In this document: one piece after another, positions 1 to 10,857 of the stretch
Numbering within the stretch: position 1 is the first letter of the stretch
Layout: each line of letters starts with the position of its first letter
DNA from: a virus
Virus record (IMG/VR): IMGVR_UViG_3300030330_005386
Location: 1-38,904 of that record
Direction: 5' to 3' (one strand)
Length of the DNA stretch: 38,904 bases
The notes under the pieces: model-generated
What the model saw: the letters and a program-made list of their open reading frames with translations, nothing else
The model's database searches: none
Told to the model about the DNA's origin: nothing
Position numbers and translations under genes: made by a program

Positions 1-161
1 CCGCCACCACCAGTCCATGCGCCACCAGATCCACCACCACCAAACATCGCAAGTAATGCCTCAAATCCTCCACCAGCACTAGATGTTGATCTACTTACAA
101 CACCACCTCCTAATCCTGTTAAACCTTGAATAGGTTTCTCTTTCTTATGCCAATTAAACAT
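1..161 (-). CDS. Glycine-rich virion/structural protein, N-terminal part only (truncated by window edge)
   Basis: Reading the minus strand from ATG at 161: MFNWHKKEKPIQGLTGLGGGVVSRSTSSAGGGFEALLAMFGGGGSGGAWTGGG..., open to the window edge, preceded by GAGG. Confidence 0.65.
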   Translation of the reverse strand, partial: MFNWHKKEKPIQGLTGLGGGVVSRSTSSAGGGFEALLAMFGGGGSGGAWTGGG

Positions 162-173
162 ATCTACCTCCTA

Positions 174-2816
174 TCAAGAAGTCTTAGTCTGAGTTGCTAT
201 TACGGTGTATGTAGCACTTGCAGTCTTCATGATTGTATACGCATAGATGTCAACACCACCATCACCACCGTCAGAAGGAGCACTACCACCAGTCCAGTTT
301 AATGTGCCACCATTGGTTCCAACCGTGTTACCATCGATATTAACTGTTGCAGCATATCCAGCGGCGGCCGCAGTGGTAACTATAGTGACAGAGATTGCAT
401 CACCATTTGCCATTGTGTTGTTTAGTGATGTTGATGAATTGATTCTAATATTTGGAGTAGCTGTGGTTGTTTCAGTTGTGGTGAACAAATGCATCATTCC
501 ATCTGCAAGATCAATATCCGTATTGTCACTTAACTTACCAGAGGTAACATTAACTCTCTCAATCAGTTCACCATTATTAAAGTGAATACCACCACCTGAG
601 GTGATACGCATTCTTTCCGTTGGTGTTACTGCTCCATCAGCAGTCGTCGAGAACATTAACCTACCCGGCATGTCATTTGCGCCAGGGGTGCCATCTGATT
701 CACAAATAACAGATGCAGCCTGAACAAATTCAGTTCCGTCGTTACCTTGGAATATTACCCTACCAAGAGTGTCACCAGATTGAACAATAGTATTTGATCC
801 AACAGAAGTGCCACGCGATCTCGCAAGTGTAATAATTGGATCGGTACTGGTGCTGTTTATAACGCACGAAACAGTGCTTGTATTGTTATCAGTACCTTCT
901 ACCTGGAGCGCCGCACTAAGCGTTGTATTAAAGAAATTACTACGCGCAGAAGAGGCACCAATTAAGAACCGCCCAGATGAATCGGTACGAGTTCTCTCGC
1001 TACCATTAGTATGTACAGTAAATGTATCGGCAGCAGGGAATCTGATTGCAGTATCAGTATCACCAGTGTGAATAATAGAATCTGCGATAGATACATTACT
1101 CTTGAATGTACCAACACCAGTAATATCAAGTCCATTTGCTAGGACTTGAATACCCTGTTGTGCCGTGATAATACCAATAGAATCAATATTTTCTACATCT
1201 TGATATGTGAGTGTTCCGCCAATTGTAACATTACCAGTGAAAGAAGCACTCGTAGCAGTAAGAACTCCAGTAACTCTTAAACCAGCAGTAAATTCAGGAG
1301 CTCCTGTTCCTGCAGCATCAGCAAAGTTATCAGCACGAACTCTACCACCAGACTTACCAAGTGCAGGTAATGTTTGAGTGGTTCCGATACCAAGAATATT
1401 AGGAACAAATTCATCACCATCACCAACGATTAAGTCTGCATCTTCACTAACTTCAATCTCTGCATATTGCGTATATGCGACTATGGCAGTATCGGGAGGA
1501 TCGATAGTAATTGTTGATGCGACACCGAGAACTTGATCGGTATAGTAAATCTTGTTAAGTGGACTTGTATTGTCAGAACTCAGTGCAGTTCCAAGTCCAG
1601 CAGGTAAGTTTGTAAGGTTGCTACCATCGCCTTCAAATGATGTTGCAGTGGCAACACCAGTAATTACAACACCGTTAGGGTTCGCTTGTGCTTTTACATT
1701 ACCACCATCATCTTTCAGTGATGTAGCATCAATTCCAGTTAAGTTAGAACCATCACCAAAGTATGTTGTTGCTAATACGCCAGTGGAGTTAAACGTAACA
1801 ATACCAACTCCATTACTGGAATAAGCAACAGATCCATCAGCAGGAGCGAAGAATCCAGTGTTAGAGTCGTTACCAAATGATAGTGATGGTGCCGCTACTG
1901 TTCCTGTCGAGAATGCAACACTAGTCAGTTGAGTAATAATACCAACGTTAAATGGTGCTGCGTCTACCCACTGTGCGCTATTATCATCTTGATAATAGAT
2001 GAAGAGTCGTCCAAGTCCTGTGTTATACCACAGGTTACCAGCAGTGACAATACCAGTAAACGCATCTCCAGGTGTTGAACCAACGCCAATACTTGCACTA
2101 CCACCACCACTTCCTCCACCACCTTGGAAGCTCAGAGTTACAATACCAACGGCAGAGTTGAATTGGGCAGTTGTAAATCCAGGGCCTCTAAACTCAAGGA
2201 AAGATACACCGTATCCAACCAATCCAAGAGATGTTCCAATACCAATTTGTCCTGCACCAACAAATTGAGCGGCAGTTACAACACCGCTAATATTTGCTCC
2301 ACCACTAAATGTTGGGGTGTTTGATAATGTGGTGATATCTGCAGTGGCAATAGTTGCAGTGCCACTTACATTTACATCAGTACTATCAAGTGATGTAATT
2401 GTACTGATACCAGTAACTGTTATGCCATCATTGAATGATGTCAGTCCAACAAACGTTGGAACTGTTGCAATACCAGTAAGGGTTAAATTTCTACCACTAA
2501 TTTCATCATATGAGATGTCAGCAAAAGTAGTAAAACCAGTGACTGTAAGTTGATCTACACTTACACCACCAAAGGTAGAGAACCCAGTAACATTTAAATT
2601 ACCAAGATTTACATCACCCGCAGATGCTTCAAGCGTTGCAATCGTAGCAACACCTGTAATATTGATATCCGTTGCTGCAATTCCACCACGAACGTCTAAA
2701 GTGGAGCGAGGGCCAGTACTCGCAATACCAACTTTCTTACTACTAGCGTCCGCAACAATAAGATCAGAGTTAACCTCTAAGCCATTCTTGACGACAAAAC
2801 TCTTATCTACTGCCAT
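174..2816 (-). CDS. Cyanophage tail-fibre-like structural protein (880 aa)
   Basis: Long ORF with repeated GVATAT-F-GDGSNLTNLP type fibre repeats; late promoter-like TATAAATA upstream. Confidence 0.8.
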   Translation of the reverse strand: MAVDKSFVVKNGLEVNSDLIVADASSKKVGIASTGPRSTLDVRGGIAATDINITGVATIATLEASAGDVNLGNLNVTGFSTFGGVSVDQLTVTGFTTFADISYDEISGRNLTLTGIATVPTFVGLTSFNDGITVTGISTITSLDSTDVNVSGTATIATADITTLSNTPTFSGGANISGVVTAAQFVGAGQIGIGTSLGLVGYGVSFLEFRGPGFTTAQFNSAVGIVTLSFQGGGGSGGGSASIGVGSTPGDAFTGIVTAGNLWYNTGLGRLFIYYQDDNSAQWVDAAPFNVGIITQLTSVAFSTGTVAAPSLSFGNDSNTGFFAPADGSVAYSSNGVGIVTFNSTGVLATTYFGDGSNLTGIDATSLKDDGGNVKAQANPNGVVITGVATATSFEGDGSNLTNLPAGLGTALSSDNTSPLNKIYYTDQVLGVASTITIDPPDTAIVAYTQYAEIEVSEDADLIVGDGDEFVPNILGIGTTQTLPALGKSGGRVRADNFADAAGTGAPEFTAGLRVTGVLTATSASFTGNVTIGGTLTYQDVENIDSIGIITAQQGIQVLANGLDITGVGTFKSNVSIADSIIHTGDTDTAIRFPAADTFTVHTNGSERTRTDSSGRFLIGASSARSNFFNTTLSAALQVEGTDNNTSTVSCVINSTSTDPIITLARSRGTSVGSNTIVQSGDTLGRVIFQGNDGTEFVQAASVICESDGTPGANDMPGRLMFSTTADGAVTPTERMRITSGGGIHFNNGELIERVNVTSGKLSDNTDIDLADGMMHLFTTTETTTATPNIRINSSTSLNNTMANGDAISVTIVTTAAAAGYAATVNIDGNTVGTNGGTLNWTGGSAPSDGGDGGVDIYAYTIMKTASATYTVIATQTKTS

Positions 2817-2848
2817 TTGGGTTCACTATCCCCCGTTAGATTTTTTAT

Positions 2849-2856
2849 TATTTATA
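2849..2856 (-). promoter_or_regulatory. T4-like late promoter element TATAAATA
   Basis: Exact TATAAATA on the minus strand about 33 nt upstream of the ATG at 2816. Confidence 0.65.
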
Positions 2857-2860
2857 GTAT

Positions 2861-4858
2861 CTAGAACTGATATCTTGTAGTATTAATCCATCTACCCTTA
2901 TCAGGGGTGATACTTAAACTTCCAGGATTACTGTCAGTGTCACTACATGTTAAAGTATTGTCCGATAATGTTCTTGTATCTACATTACTTGTATCAGTAA
3001 TATCATAAATTGATCCATCTTCAATATCTGCGGTTACAGTTGATGGTAAATCTCCACTAAAACCTGCAGCAGAACCAAATGTAATTGTAGAGGGGCCAAA
3101 TCCACTTACTAATGTCATAACAACTTGAATATTTTCAGTTGATGTACGAGTCTGAGTAAAGGTAACTGTCTCTATCTCGTTTGCTAACTCAATTAAAAAA
3201 TATCCACTACCTACGTTACCACCCGCTTGTGTCGAAATTATTTCTGGCCTTCCATTTGAATATCCTGATGCTCCGCCTCCACCACCCGTTTCAGATGCAC
3301 CATCACCACCAATATAACCTGCTGCACCTCCACCTTGAGTTGATCCGCCAATTCCACCGTTGTTTCTATATCCCAGTCCTGCTTTGTAACCTCTTACAAT
3401 AGAACCAGATCCATTGATTATTGATCCATCAGCAGCAGTTCTTGCCTGCGTAAGTTCTCCATTTTCAACATCAGAGCAAGGAGGAACTCCAAGTCTTCTA
3501 TAATATCCTCCAATTGTACAACCGGAAATCTTACCACCTGTGCGTTCTCTATTTCCAGCACCTGTTGGAGTTTGAAGTCCTCCCTGGAAGTATCCACTTA
3601 CAGTCGCAGCACCATCCTCTACTCTGGCTCCTCCACTTCCTCTTCCGGGCCCATCACCATCTCTTCCTGCTAGACTCATGCCACCGCCATTACCTCCTCT
3701 TCCTCTCTCTCCTGCACCACCGCCACCACCACATACTGCCATAATCGCTGCCTTATTATAGATATATGCTCCTGCTCCACCTCCTCCAAAGTCACTTCCA
3801 TAATTTCCAGCGATTTTAAAAACAAATTCTTCATTTTTCTCCATTGTTATAACAAAGACGGAAACCCCTCCTTCACCACCTTTATAACCAAATCTATCTG
3901 CTCCTGAAGGAGCAGCAATTGTGATTTTTACTTTAACATCTTTTTCATCAGCCCATACAACATAAGATCTACCACCTAATAATACTCCAAGTCTAACAGG
4001 ATCATTATTTTGCTGCCTTTCAAATAAATTATAAGATTCAGTCGGTGCAATAAGAGATGTAGAACCATAATTAAGTTGTTCCACTTTGATCATCTGTCTA
4101 GCATCAACCACTGTCAGAGTTGCATCATCTGAGGTAATAGGAGAATTTCCAGCAGTTGGATGAGATACAGTTACAGTGATTGTAGAATCACCAATCGTAT
4201 CGCTTGAAATTGTAAGAGTGGGTGATTGAGCACCACTTACTGTATCACTGTTGGCCAATGGAGTTCCATCTTGATTCCACTGATATGAAACATCAGAACC
4301 ATCTGAGGCAGATGCTACAACAGTGAAGGTTGCATCAACACCTTGAGCAACCTCATCATCAGTTGCTTGTGTGGTGATAGAAATTGTTGGATTTACTGTG
4401 ACAATTACAGAACCGGCAGCATTACTATCTAAACGTTGATTCTCATTCGACGCCTTTCCTGTCGATCTTGCTATACCAGCGGTGATGGCACCAGACTCTG
4501 ATTGATATGCGGATTCTGTGTAAGATGCACGAAGAAAAATTGATTTGCCAGTTTCAGATGGGTTTTGAAGATCCTGAATTGTTATCTCATTAGTTTGAGA
4601 ACCACTTATTTTTCCAGATACATCTTCAGCAGCAATTCCATCAATATACCATTGATATGCTATTTCACCAGTATTTGTTACCCTTTCTCCAGGAATTGTT
4701 GTTGGATTGTGTTTGAATTCAGCAGTTGCTAAACCAGATAATGTGACATCATCTCCTGCATTTACGGTAACAGACTCTGGAGTTGAAGTGAACCTAAGAT
4801 AAGGCCCATTCAAATCCAGTGTCGTATTTGTGCTATTGTAGAACGCTAATCCTATCAT
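2861..4858 (-). CDS. Ig-like plus glycine-rich adhesin/fibre-associated protein (665 aa)
   Basis: Ig-like segments (QATDDEVAQGVDATFTVVASASDGSDVSYQWNQDG) followed by Gly-rich runs (GGGGGAGERGRGGNGGGMSLAG, GGGGGASGYSNG). Confidence 0.7.
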   Translation of the reverse strand: MIGLAFYNSTNTTLDLNGPYLRFTSTPESVTVNAGDDVTLSGLATAEFKHNPTTIPGERVTNTGEIAYQWYIDGIAAEDVSGKISGSQTNEITIQDLQNPSETGKSIFLRASYTESAYQSESGAITAGIARSTGKASNENQRLDSNAAGSVIVTVNPTISITTQATDDEVAQGVDATFTVVASASDGSDVSYQWNQDGTPLANSDTVSGAQSPTLTISSDTIGDSTITVTVSHPTAGNSPITSDDATLTVVDARQMIKVEQLNYGSTSLIAPTESYNLFERQQNNDPVRLGVLLGGRSYVVWADEKDVKVKITIAAPSGADRFGYKGGEGGVSVFVITMEKNEEFVFKIAGNYGSDFGGGGAGAYIYNKAAIMAVCGGGGGAGERGRGGNGGGMSLAGRDGDGPGRGSGGARVEDGAATVSGYFQGGLQTPTGAGNRERTGGKISGCTIGGYYRRLGVPPCSDVENGELTQARTAADGSIINGSGSIVRGYKAGLGYRNNGGIGGSTQGGGAAGYIGGDGASETGGGGGASGYSNGRPEIISTQAGGNVGSGYFLIELANEIETVTFTQTRTSTENIQVVMTLVSGFGPSTITFGSAAGFSGDLPSTVTADIEDGSIYDITDTSNVDTRTLSDNTLTCSDTDSNPGSLSITPDKGRWINTTRYQF

Positions 4859-7800
4859 GCGAAGTTCTGTCCTCCAACTACGCCGAAGAGTGTTGATCCA
4901 CCATCGAATGTCTTAAACGAATAGATATCCGATGTATTTGCTGATGTAGTAACAATAGGTAATACACCACCTGCGGGGAACTTAACATCAATGTCAGATC
5001 CACCATTGTCCTTAAAGGTAGCGATTCCAACAGAATATCCAGTGCTATCCTGAGTTATAAGTATTGAGAACGCAGTGGCACCTGAAGGAGGATTAAGAAG
5101 AGTGAACTGTGTCACTGCCTCATCAACAGTCAGGGTGAAGGATTGTGCAATAGACAAGTCAATGTTTACATTACCACCAGAGATGTCCAGTTCTTGAACA
5201 TACTCAGAGTAAGTCTTGAACTTAGCAGATCCTTCAATGTCAACCTTTGCTCTAGGAGTTGCAGTTCCAAATCCAGTTTGATTACTAGAAGTAGAAAGTG
5301 CAGTGCCAACAACAATATTGGTTGCAGTAATAATACCAGTGCGTATCTCACCAGATGTACTATCTAGTTTATGAGATGCAGCAGTCATTACGCCGCTGAC
5401 ATTTACGTTAACAACATCAATTCTGCCATCGAAAATTGAGTTGTTTCTAACCTTCAGATCAGTTGTTCCCGTTCCTGTTGTTCCAAGATCAAGATTGAAG
5501 TGAGGAACTGTTGTACCGATACCGACATTAACAAGATTGTTAGGATAGATACCAGTACCTAATCCAGATGCAACACCACTCCAGAGACTGTCAGTCTGAA
5601 GATTAAAGAGTTCAGAACCATCACCAACAAATTTTGTAGCAGTAGCAACACCAGCAGAATTAATATTACCGCTGAAATATGCATCACCCTCAACTCTAAA
5701 CTGGAAGGTGTTTGCGGAAGTACCAACACCTACTCTTCCTGCTGTATCAACAGAGAATTCAGTTGAACCATTTCCAACTTGTAAGACATTGTTTCCAGGA
5801 GTTGTGGTAGCAATGCCAACTGCATCAAAGATTCCAATACTCAGAGTCTTAGAAAGACTTACACTACCGAAACGATACCAATCATTATCTGTAGTATAAA
5901 TCCAACCAACATAACCACCCTTAGCAGGATTAGCATTGTAAACTACATCACCAGGGTTACCCGAAAGTGAAGGTGTAGCAATACCAACTGTGTACTTTCT
6001 AGAAACAGTGGTGTCACCTTGTAAGAACAGAGAGTTGGACTCAATGCCTTTAGTTGAAGTAGAGGTAATCTTTTCGTTGAAAATTACAGGGCCGTCAAAC
6101 TCAGAAACGATATTTCCTTCTGGGCCACCCTCAACTCTCAGTGAGCGACTGATTGATGCCTCAAGTGGAGTAAGAACATCAAATCCAACACTAACACCGC
6201 TGGTTGATACATCCTCACCAGTTACAGTGGGGATGGGAGCATCAAATACTTCCTCCTGTCCAGTAGCAGAACTTACCTTCTTATTGCCGACATAGAAGTC
6301 ACCAGCATCATTCATACCGGTGTAAACATTTACACCACCATCATACTTCAGAGACTGAGAGATAAGTGCTTCTCTCGTCGTGAGAGATCTATCTTGCTTT
6401 TCAGGGAGAGCAGTAGAATAGTTACCAGGGCCGTAACCAACATATTCAAATGTATGTCCAGAAGCACGAATGATAGAGTTTCTTCTAAATTCGACAGGAC
6501 GACAAGCGACTCTCTTAACTACGGCATTAATAGCGTGAGTGGTTGCTCTGGTTCCAAGAACACCTCTGAATACTGAAACAGGATTACCAGTCACAGTTGT
6601 CTTGACTCTGACGATTTCCTCATCAATCAACAGATAATCACCAATATTAATATCAGTATCAGTGACATTCAGAATATCAACATCAGTTGTTGATGCAGTA
6701 ACAATTGAAGCTGAAATCGTTGTAGTGATACCAGCATAAGTGGTTTGCTGTCTACCACTCAGGTTTTCATTTTCAACTACAACATTACCACCAGCAGATG
6801 CATAACTGAATGGATATACTCTAATGGTTCCTGAAGGATCAGGTGCTGTGGTTCCAACACCAACGCTGATTTCAAATGAAGTTTGAGATTCAGTCTTCTT
6901 GATGATGTAATCACCTTGATAAAGTGACTGATCAATTCCACCGAGTTTGATTTTGTTATTAACTCTCAGTCCATGATTCTCAGTGGTGGTAACAACACCA
7001 ACTCCAGTGACTCTATTGTAGTTAAAGGAACTTACATTCAGAGATCTACCATTTATTTGTACGGCAGCGGACGTAAGATCTGTAATACCGATACCAGATG
7101 CACCACCAACTGTTGCGGCAGATGCAACTTGAACCACTTTTGCAGCGCCAGCATTTACACCAGTGATTCTGTAAAGAGTATTATAAGGATAATTTGATTG
7201 TGGTTTAGCATTGACTAATTCAATTGTATCACCAGTGTTATCATGAATCTTAGTGACAGTTACGATACCAACAGAGTGAGGTGCAGTAGTTCCAACACCA
7301 ACAATTTGCAGCGAATCACCAACTGAGTAAGCACTACCGCCGTCCATGATCTTGGCAGCGACAATGTTACCAGAAGAATTAACTTCCAGTCTCGCAGTTG
7401 CATTTTGTCCTTGAGTTGATGCAGCACCCGAAGAAACTAACTTAGCATTGTAAATATAACCAGCACTTCCGTTTCCATATCCAGCACCACTATCAGCGAT
7501 ACCAATATTAACAACACGATTCAGTCCGTGATCAATTGTGGAGAAGAATGTGTGAGCAGTGCCAGTACTGTTAGACTGAACTTCAGTAACACCAAAACCA
7601 ATATTATAATCAAATACCTGAGCGTTAAGTGTTTCTTTCGTAATGCTACTCTGTAAATCATCACTTACAGTCTCACCAACAGGTGTAGCGAGAGCAAACG
7701 ATGAAGATGCATTAGGATCACTCTTAGGATTATCTCTATTAGTCTGAGGATAGAGTTGTTGAATAGACTGAGAGAATCTTTCAGTAGAGAACGGAGATAC

Positions 7801-10734
7801 TGTTGGAGAGTTTGAATTATTAACAATCAGCAGATGATAGATACCATCTTGCTCACCAGCAACATATCTTTGAACCTGCTGTGCGCGATATACTTGATAA
7901 GTTCCCTTTGTCCTTGTCTGAGTGAATGTAGGAAGACTTGTCGTTCTAGCAGATGTATCATTAGTAAATGCACCTGGGCCTGCAGAACTTACAAGAGATA
8001 CAGTAAACTCTCTTGCACTTGTGATTCCCGTAACATTGAACTTACCATTAAATCCAGAGTTTGCAGTTCCTACTGGATTGTTCGCACTGACAATATTCTT
8101 AATCTCAACTTCAGATCCTATCTTCAGATCGTGAGGGAGTTCAGTTAAGATATTTGCAACATTGCCACTCCAACTTGCATTAGCAATGAATCTAAAGTTT
8201 CTCTGCTCGTCAGCATTGCTGAGAGTGACAGTTGTGGGACTAAAGTATGTTGCAACTTCAGTATCTGTAGCACCTGTGGTTGTGGAAGAATCTTGAAGGA
8301 TATAACCATCAATTGGTGGACGTGCAGAAGAAATACCAGATCCTGCAGGAATAACATAACGTGCTCTATAAATCGTATCAATGACGTTTCTAGTGTCAGG
8401 TTTACGATTGATGAAAGTTCTAGGAGTTGCATCACCAAGAGATGTGGTTCCCAGTGAAACGAGAGTTGGAAAGATGCTATTATCAGAGGATGCAGTTCCA
8501 ACAGTTACATACCATTGAGACTCTGTAGAGTCAAACTGAATAGGGTGTCCAATGTCACCAGCAGATTTATCAGATACTCTACTCTGAATTCTTAAAATAC
8601 CACCCTTATTATTGATGGTGAGTGCATCACCATTAATTGAGTCATTGAGAGTTTTTGCAATCTTAATCTGATCTGTTCCTACACCAGATGTAATTGCAAA
8701 GTAAATCGTGTTTGAATCTAATCCATCAGGAAGATGTCCATTTTCAGCGATAACACGAATGCTCTCTCCAGATAATAAGTTGTGGGGACTATCAAGAGTA
8801 ATTGTATTTGATGTAATACTATTGATTCCAGATGTTCTTCCAACTTTATGCTGTTTCTGGAAAGTATCCTGAGTTGAAGTTAACTCAGTATCAGGCATCA
8901 CGATACGAGCCGAATAGTTGGTAGGAGTACCAGCACTATCAGGAATCAGAACATTAAGAGTATCATTCTCTTTTGCACCAATTCTATAACCTTCAATAAC
9001 ACTATCGGGTGCTACATCTTCATTGGTTTGATTATAAAGATACAGTCTACTTGTTGATGCAACACCAACTACAGTCTTTTCTACATCAATAGCATTGAAT
9101 TCAATCGCACCTTCAGCAGTCTCAAGTTCTTTGGGCGGAATAATATGAGTGATATAACCTACATCATCTCTTGTAAATGCAGTATTCTTATATCCTTTAG
9201 ATACAAGTGCTTTTGCACCAAAGTTAGAGTTAGAGTTGGTGACAGATAAGTCACCACCACTCTCGGTTACAAAGTGATTTGCATAACCGATGGCAAAACA
9301 CGAAACGATCTGTATCACAGAATCGTTTGATGCCTTAATGTGGAAGTTTTCGTATTCAGGCTTGAAGACTGCAGAACTGTCTTCGTTGATGTTAGCGTTT
9401 CCAGCAAATGTTGAGTCTTTATACTCTCCACTTGTACGATTATACTTTACGAATGCGTTGGCATCTTTCTGAAGTCCAATACCCGTAAACTGGGCAACAA
9501 CCATGGACTTGAATCCCAATGCCTTGCTGCCATCAGCGTGCATACCGCACATACCGAAGACAGAACGCAGAGAGATGTTAAAGATATAAGGAGACGCAGA
9601 GGTAACTGTATCAGACTGCAGATCAACCTGAGAACCTGTTACAGTGGGAAGTGCATCAGAAGGAGCGTTGGATACACTATACTTAAATTGTGTTGTTCCT
9701 TCAACACTGGACGCTAATACATCACTTACAACAAACTGTCCATTATATGCGTCTGTGCCTACATTAGATACCTTAAATGGGGTGTCTACATCCAGTCCAA
9801 ACAGAGCACTTTCAAGAGTTACCGTAACTTCTGTCGTAGCGGTGACACCATCACCTGCCTTGATACTTGTAATTCCAATTGCACCACTCTTAGGGCCTAC
9901 AATACGGAATTCATCAATCTTGGGTTGAATATCAAGTCCTGCATCAGGATAATCTGGTTGAATCTCTCTACCAGAGGAAGCACCATACGCTAAACCAACC
10001 TTTTCATAGAACATGTCAAGATCAGTTCTACCACCATCAAAATCACTGATAAACGCATCATTGATCTTAACGTCATTTACACCATCAGCGTACTCAAAGC
10101 AAGTGAGTTTATGGTGTGAGAAGTTAGGTACGAAAGTATTAGTTGTATAATCCTTATATACTACGCCATTAGGATCACCATCAAACAGAGAGAACTGCCA
10201 TGCGTAGCAAGTTCCTGTAACTCTGAAAATAGCAGATCTTTCTACGTTTACATTTTCTGGATCTGGAATATATTTCGGACGAATTCTAGTTTTACGAAGA
10301 TCTAAACCTACCAGAGAAGTTCCTCTAGGTAGAATAACTCCACCATGAACACTGTTAAGTTTATATAGTGCGTTGTCGTCGGTTGTGAGATCAAAATTAG
10401 TGGTAAGAGAGAATGAGGGGAAGTCAGAAGATGTGAGTCCGTTTCTTAGTTTGAAATTATTTGCACCGTCAGGAATCCATCCAGGACGGTTATCAACAAT
10501 ATGCTCACCAGGATATAATAGAATTGTAGTCTTACTAAATCTATCGTTATCTAATCCACTCTGATATGAAAATCTAGCTGCTTCAATCAGTGCCCTTTGA
10601 ATAGTTTTAAAAGGACGTGCTAATGAATTTCCCTGATTCTCGATAGAATCTGTGGCGTCTAAATCGTTAGGATTAACGTAGAGAATGTTGCCACGCGCAT
10701 TCTTTAAAAAATTATCTAGACGACTGAGAGGCAT
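4855..10734 (-). CDS. Very large tail-fibre/spike-like structural protein (1959 aa)
   Basis: N-terminal pectate-lyase/beta-helix-like segment (NQGNSLARPFKTIQRALIEAARFS...ILLYPGEHIVDN) and C-terminal fibre repeats (GVATATKFVGDGSELFNLQ). Confidence 0.8.
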   Translation of the reverse strand: MPLSRLDNFLKNARGNILYVNPNDLDATDSIENQGNSLARPFKTIQRALIEAARFSYQSGLDNDRFSKTTILLYPGEHIVDNRPGWIPDGANNFKLRNGLTSSDFPSFSLTTNFDLTTDDNALYKLNSVHGGVILPRGTSLVGLDLRKTRIRPKYIPDPENVNVERSAIFRVTGTCYAWQFSLFDGDPNGVVYKDYTTNTFVPNFSHHKLTCFEYADGVNDVKINDAFISDFDGGRTDLDMFYEKVGLAYGASSGREIQPDYPDAGLDIQPKIDEFRIVGPKSGAIGITSIKAGDGVTATTEVTVTLESALFGLDVDTPFKVSNVGTDAYNGQFVVSDVLASSVEGTTQFKYSVSNAPSDALPTVTGSQVDLQSDTVTSASPYIFNISLRSVFGMCGMHADGSKALGFKSMVVAQFTGIGLQKDANAFVKYNRTSGEYKDSTFAGNANINEDSSAVFKPEYENFHIKASNDSVIQIVSCFAIGYANHFVTESGGDLSVTNSNSNFGAKALVSKGYKNTAFTRDDVGYITHIIPPKELETAEGAIEFNAIDVEKTVVGVASTSRLYLYNQTNEDVAPDSVIEGYRIGAKENDTLNVLIPDSAGTPTNYSARIVMPDTELTSTQDTFQKQHKVGRTSGINSITSNTITLDSPHNLLSGESIRVIAENGHLPDGLDSNTIYFAITSGVGTDQIKIAKTLNDSINGDALTINNKGGILRIQSRVSDKSAGDIGHPIQFDSTESQWYVTVGTASSDNSIFPTLVSLGTTSLGDATPRTFINRKPDTRNVIDTIYRARYVIPAGSGISSARPPIDGYILQDSSTTTGATDTEVATYFSPTTVTLSNADEQRNFRFIANASWSGNVANILTELPHDLKIGSEVEIKNIVSANNPVGTANSGFNGKFNVTGITSAREFTVSLVSSAGPGAFTNDTSARTTSLPTFTQTRTKGTYQVYRAQQVQRYVAGEQDGIYHLLIVNNSNSPTVSPFSTERFSQSIQQLYPQTNRDNPKSDPNASSSFALATPVGETVSDDLQSSITKETLNAQVFDYNIGFGVTEVQSNSTGTAHTFFSTIDHGLNRVVNIGIADSGAGYGNGSAGYIYNAKLVSSGAASTQGQNATARLEVNSSGNIVAAKIMDGGSAYSVGDSLQIVGVGTTAPHSVGIVTVTKIHDNTGDTIELVNAKPQSNYPYNTLYRITGVNAGAAKVVQVASAATVGGASGIGITDLTSAAVQINGRSLNVSSFNYNRVTGVGVVTTTENHGLRVNNKIKLGGIDQSLYQGDYIIKKTESQTSFEISVGVGTTAPDPSGTIRVYPFSYASAGGNVVVENENLSGRQQTTYAGITTTISASIVTASTTDVDILNVTDTDINIGDYLLIDEEIVRVKTTVTGNPVSVFRGVLGTRATTHAINAVVKRVACRPVEFRRNSIIRASGHTFEYVGYGPGNYSTALPEKQDRSLTTREALISQSLKYDGGVNVYTGMNDAGDFYVGNKKVSSATGQEEVFDAPIPTVTGEDVSTSGVSVGFDVLTPLEASISRSLRVEGGPEGNIVSEFDGPVIFNEKITSTSTKGIESNSLFLQGDTTVSRKYTVGIATPSLSGNPGDVVYNANPAKGGYVGWIYTTDNDWYRFGSVSLSKTLSIGIFDAVGIATTTPGNNVLQVGNGSTEFSVDTAGRVGVGTSANTFQFRVEGDAYFSGNINSAGVATATKFVGDGSELFNLQTDSLWSGVASGLGTGIYPNNLVNVGIGTTVPHFNLDLGTTGTGTTDLKVRNNSIFDGRIDVVNVNVSGVMTAASHKLDSTSGEIRTGIITATNIVVGTALSTSSNQTGFGTATPRAKVDIEGSAKFKTYSEYVQELDISGGNVNIDLSIAQSFTLTVDEAVTQFTLLNPPSGATAFSILITQDSTGYSVGIATFKDNGGSDIDVKFPAGGVLPIVTTSANTSDIYSFKTFDGGSTLFGVVGGQNFA

Positions 10735-10763
10735 CTTACTAACGCACTATTTCTGTTGTTAGT

Positions 10764-10771
10764 TATTTATC
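10764..10771 (-). promoter_or_regulatory. T4-like late promoter element GATAAATA
   Basis: GATAAATA on the minus strand, 30 nt upstream of the ATG at 10734. Confidence 0.5.
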
Positions 10772-10783
10772 ATTATCTAATCA

Positions 10784-10855
10784 AGCCCCCGAACGGATTT
10801 GAACCGATGGCCTACGCTTTACAAAAGCGTTGCTCTACCGCTGAGCTACAGGGGC
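10784..10855 (-). tRNA. tRNA-Thr (anticodon TGT)
   Basis: GCCCCTGTAGCTCAGCGGTAGAGCAACGCTTTTGTAAAGCGTAGGCCATCGGTTCAAATCCGTTCGGGGGC folds as a cloverleaf: 7-bp acceptor stem, ACGCT-TTTGTAA-AGCGT anticodon arm, GGTTCAAATCC T-arm. Confidence 0.95.
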
Positions 10856-10857
10856 AA

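Noticed and set aside
247-10564. Many plus-strand ORFs opposite the large fibre genes (e.g. 247..585, 9644..9928)
   Set aside because: Low-complexity Ser/Val/Pro/Leu-rich products mirroring the antisense of repetitive Gly/Thr-rich codons; fully nested in convincing minus-strand genes.
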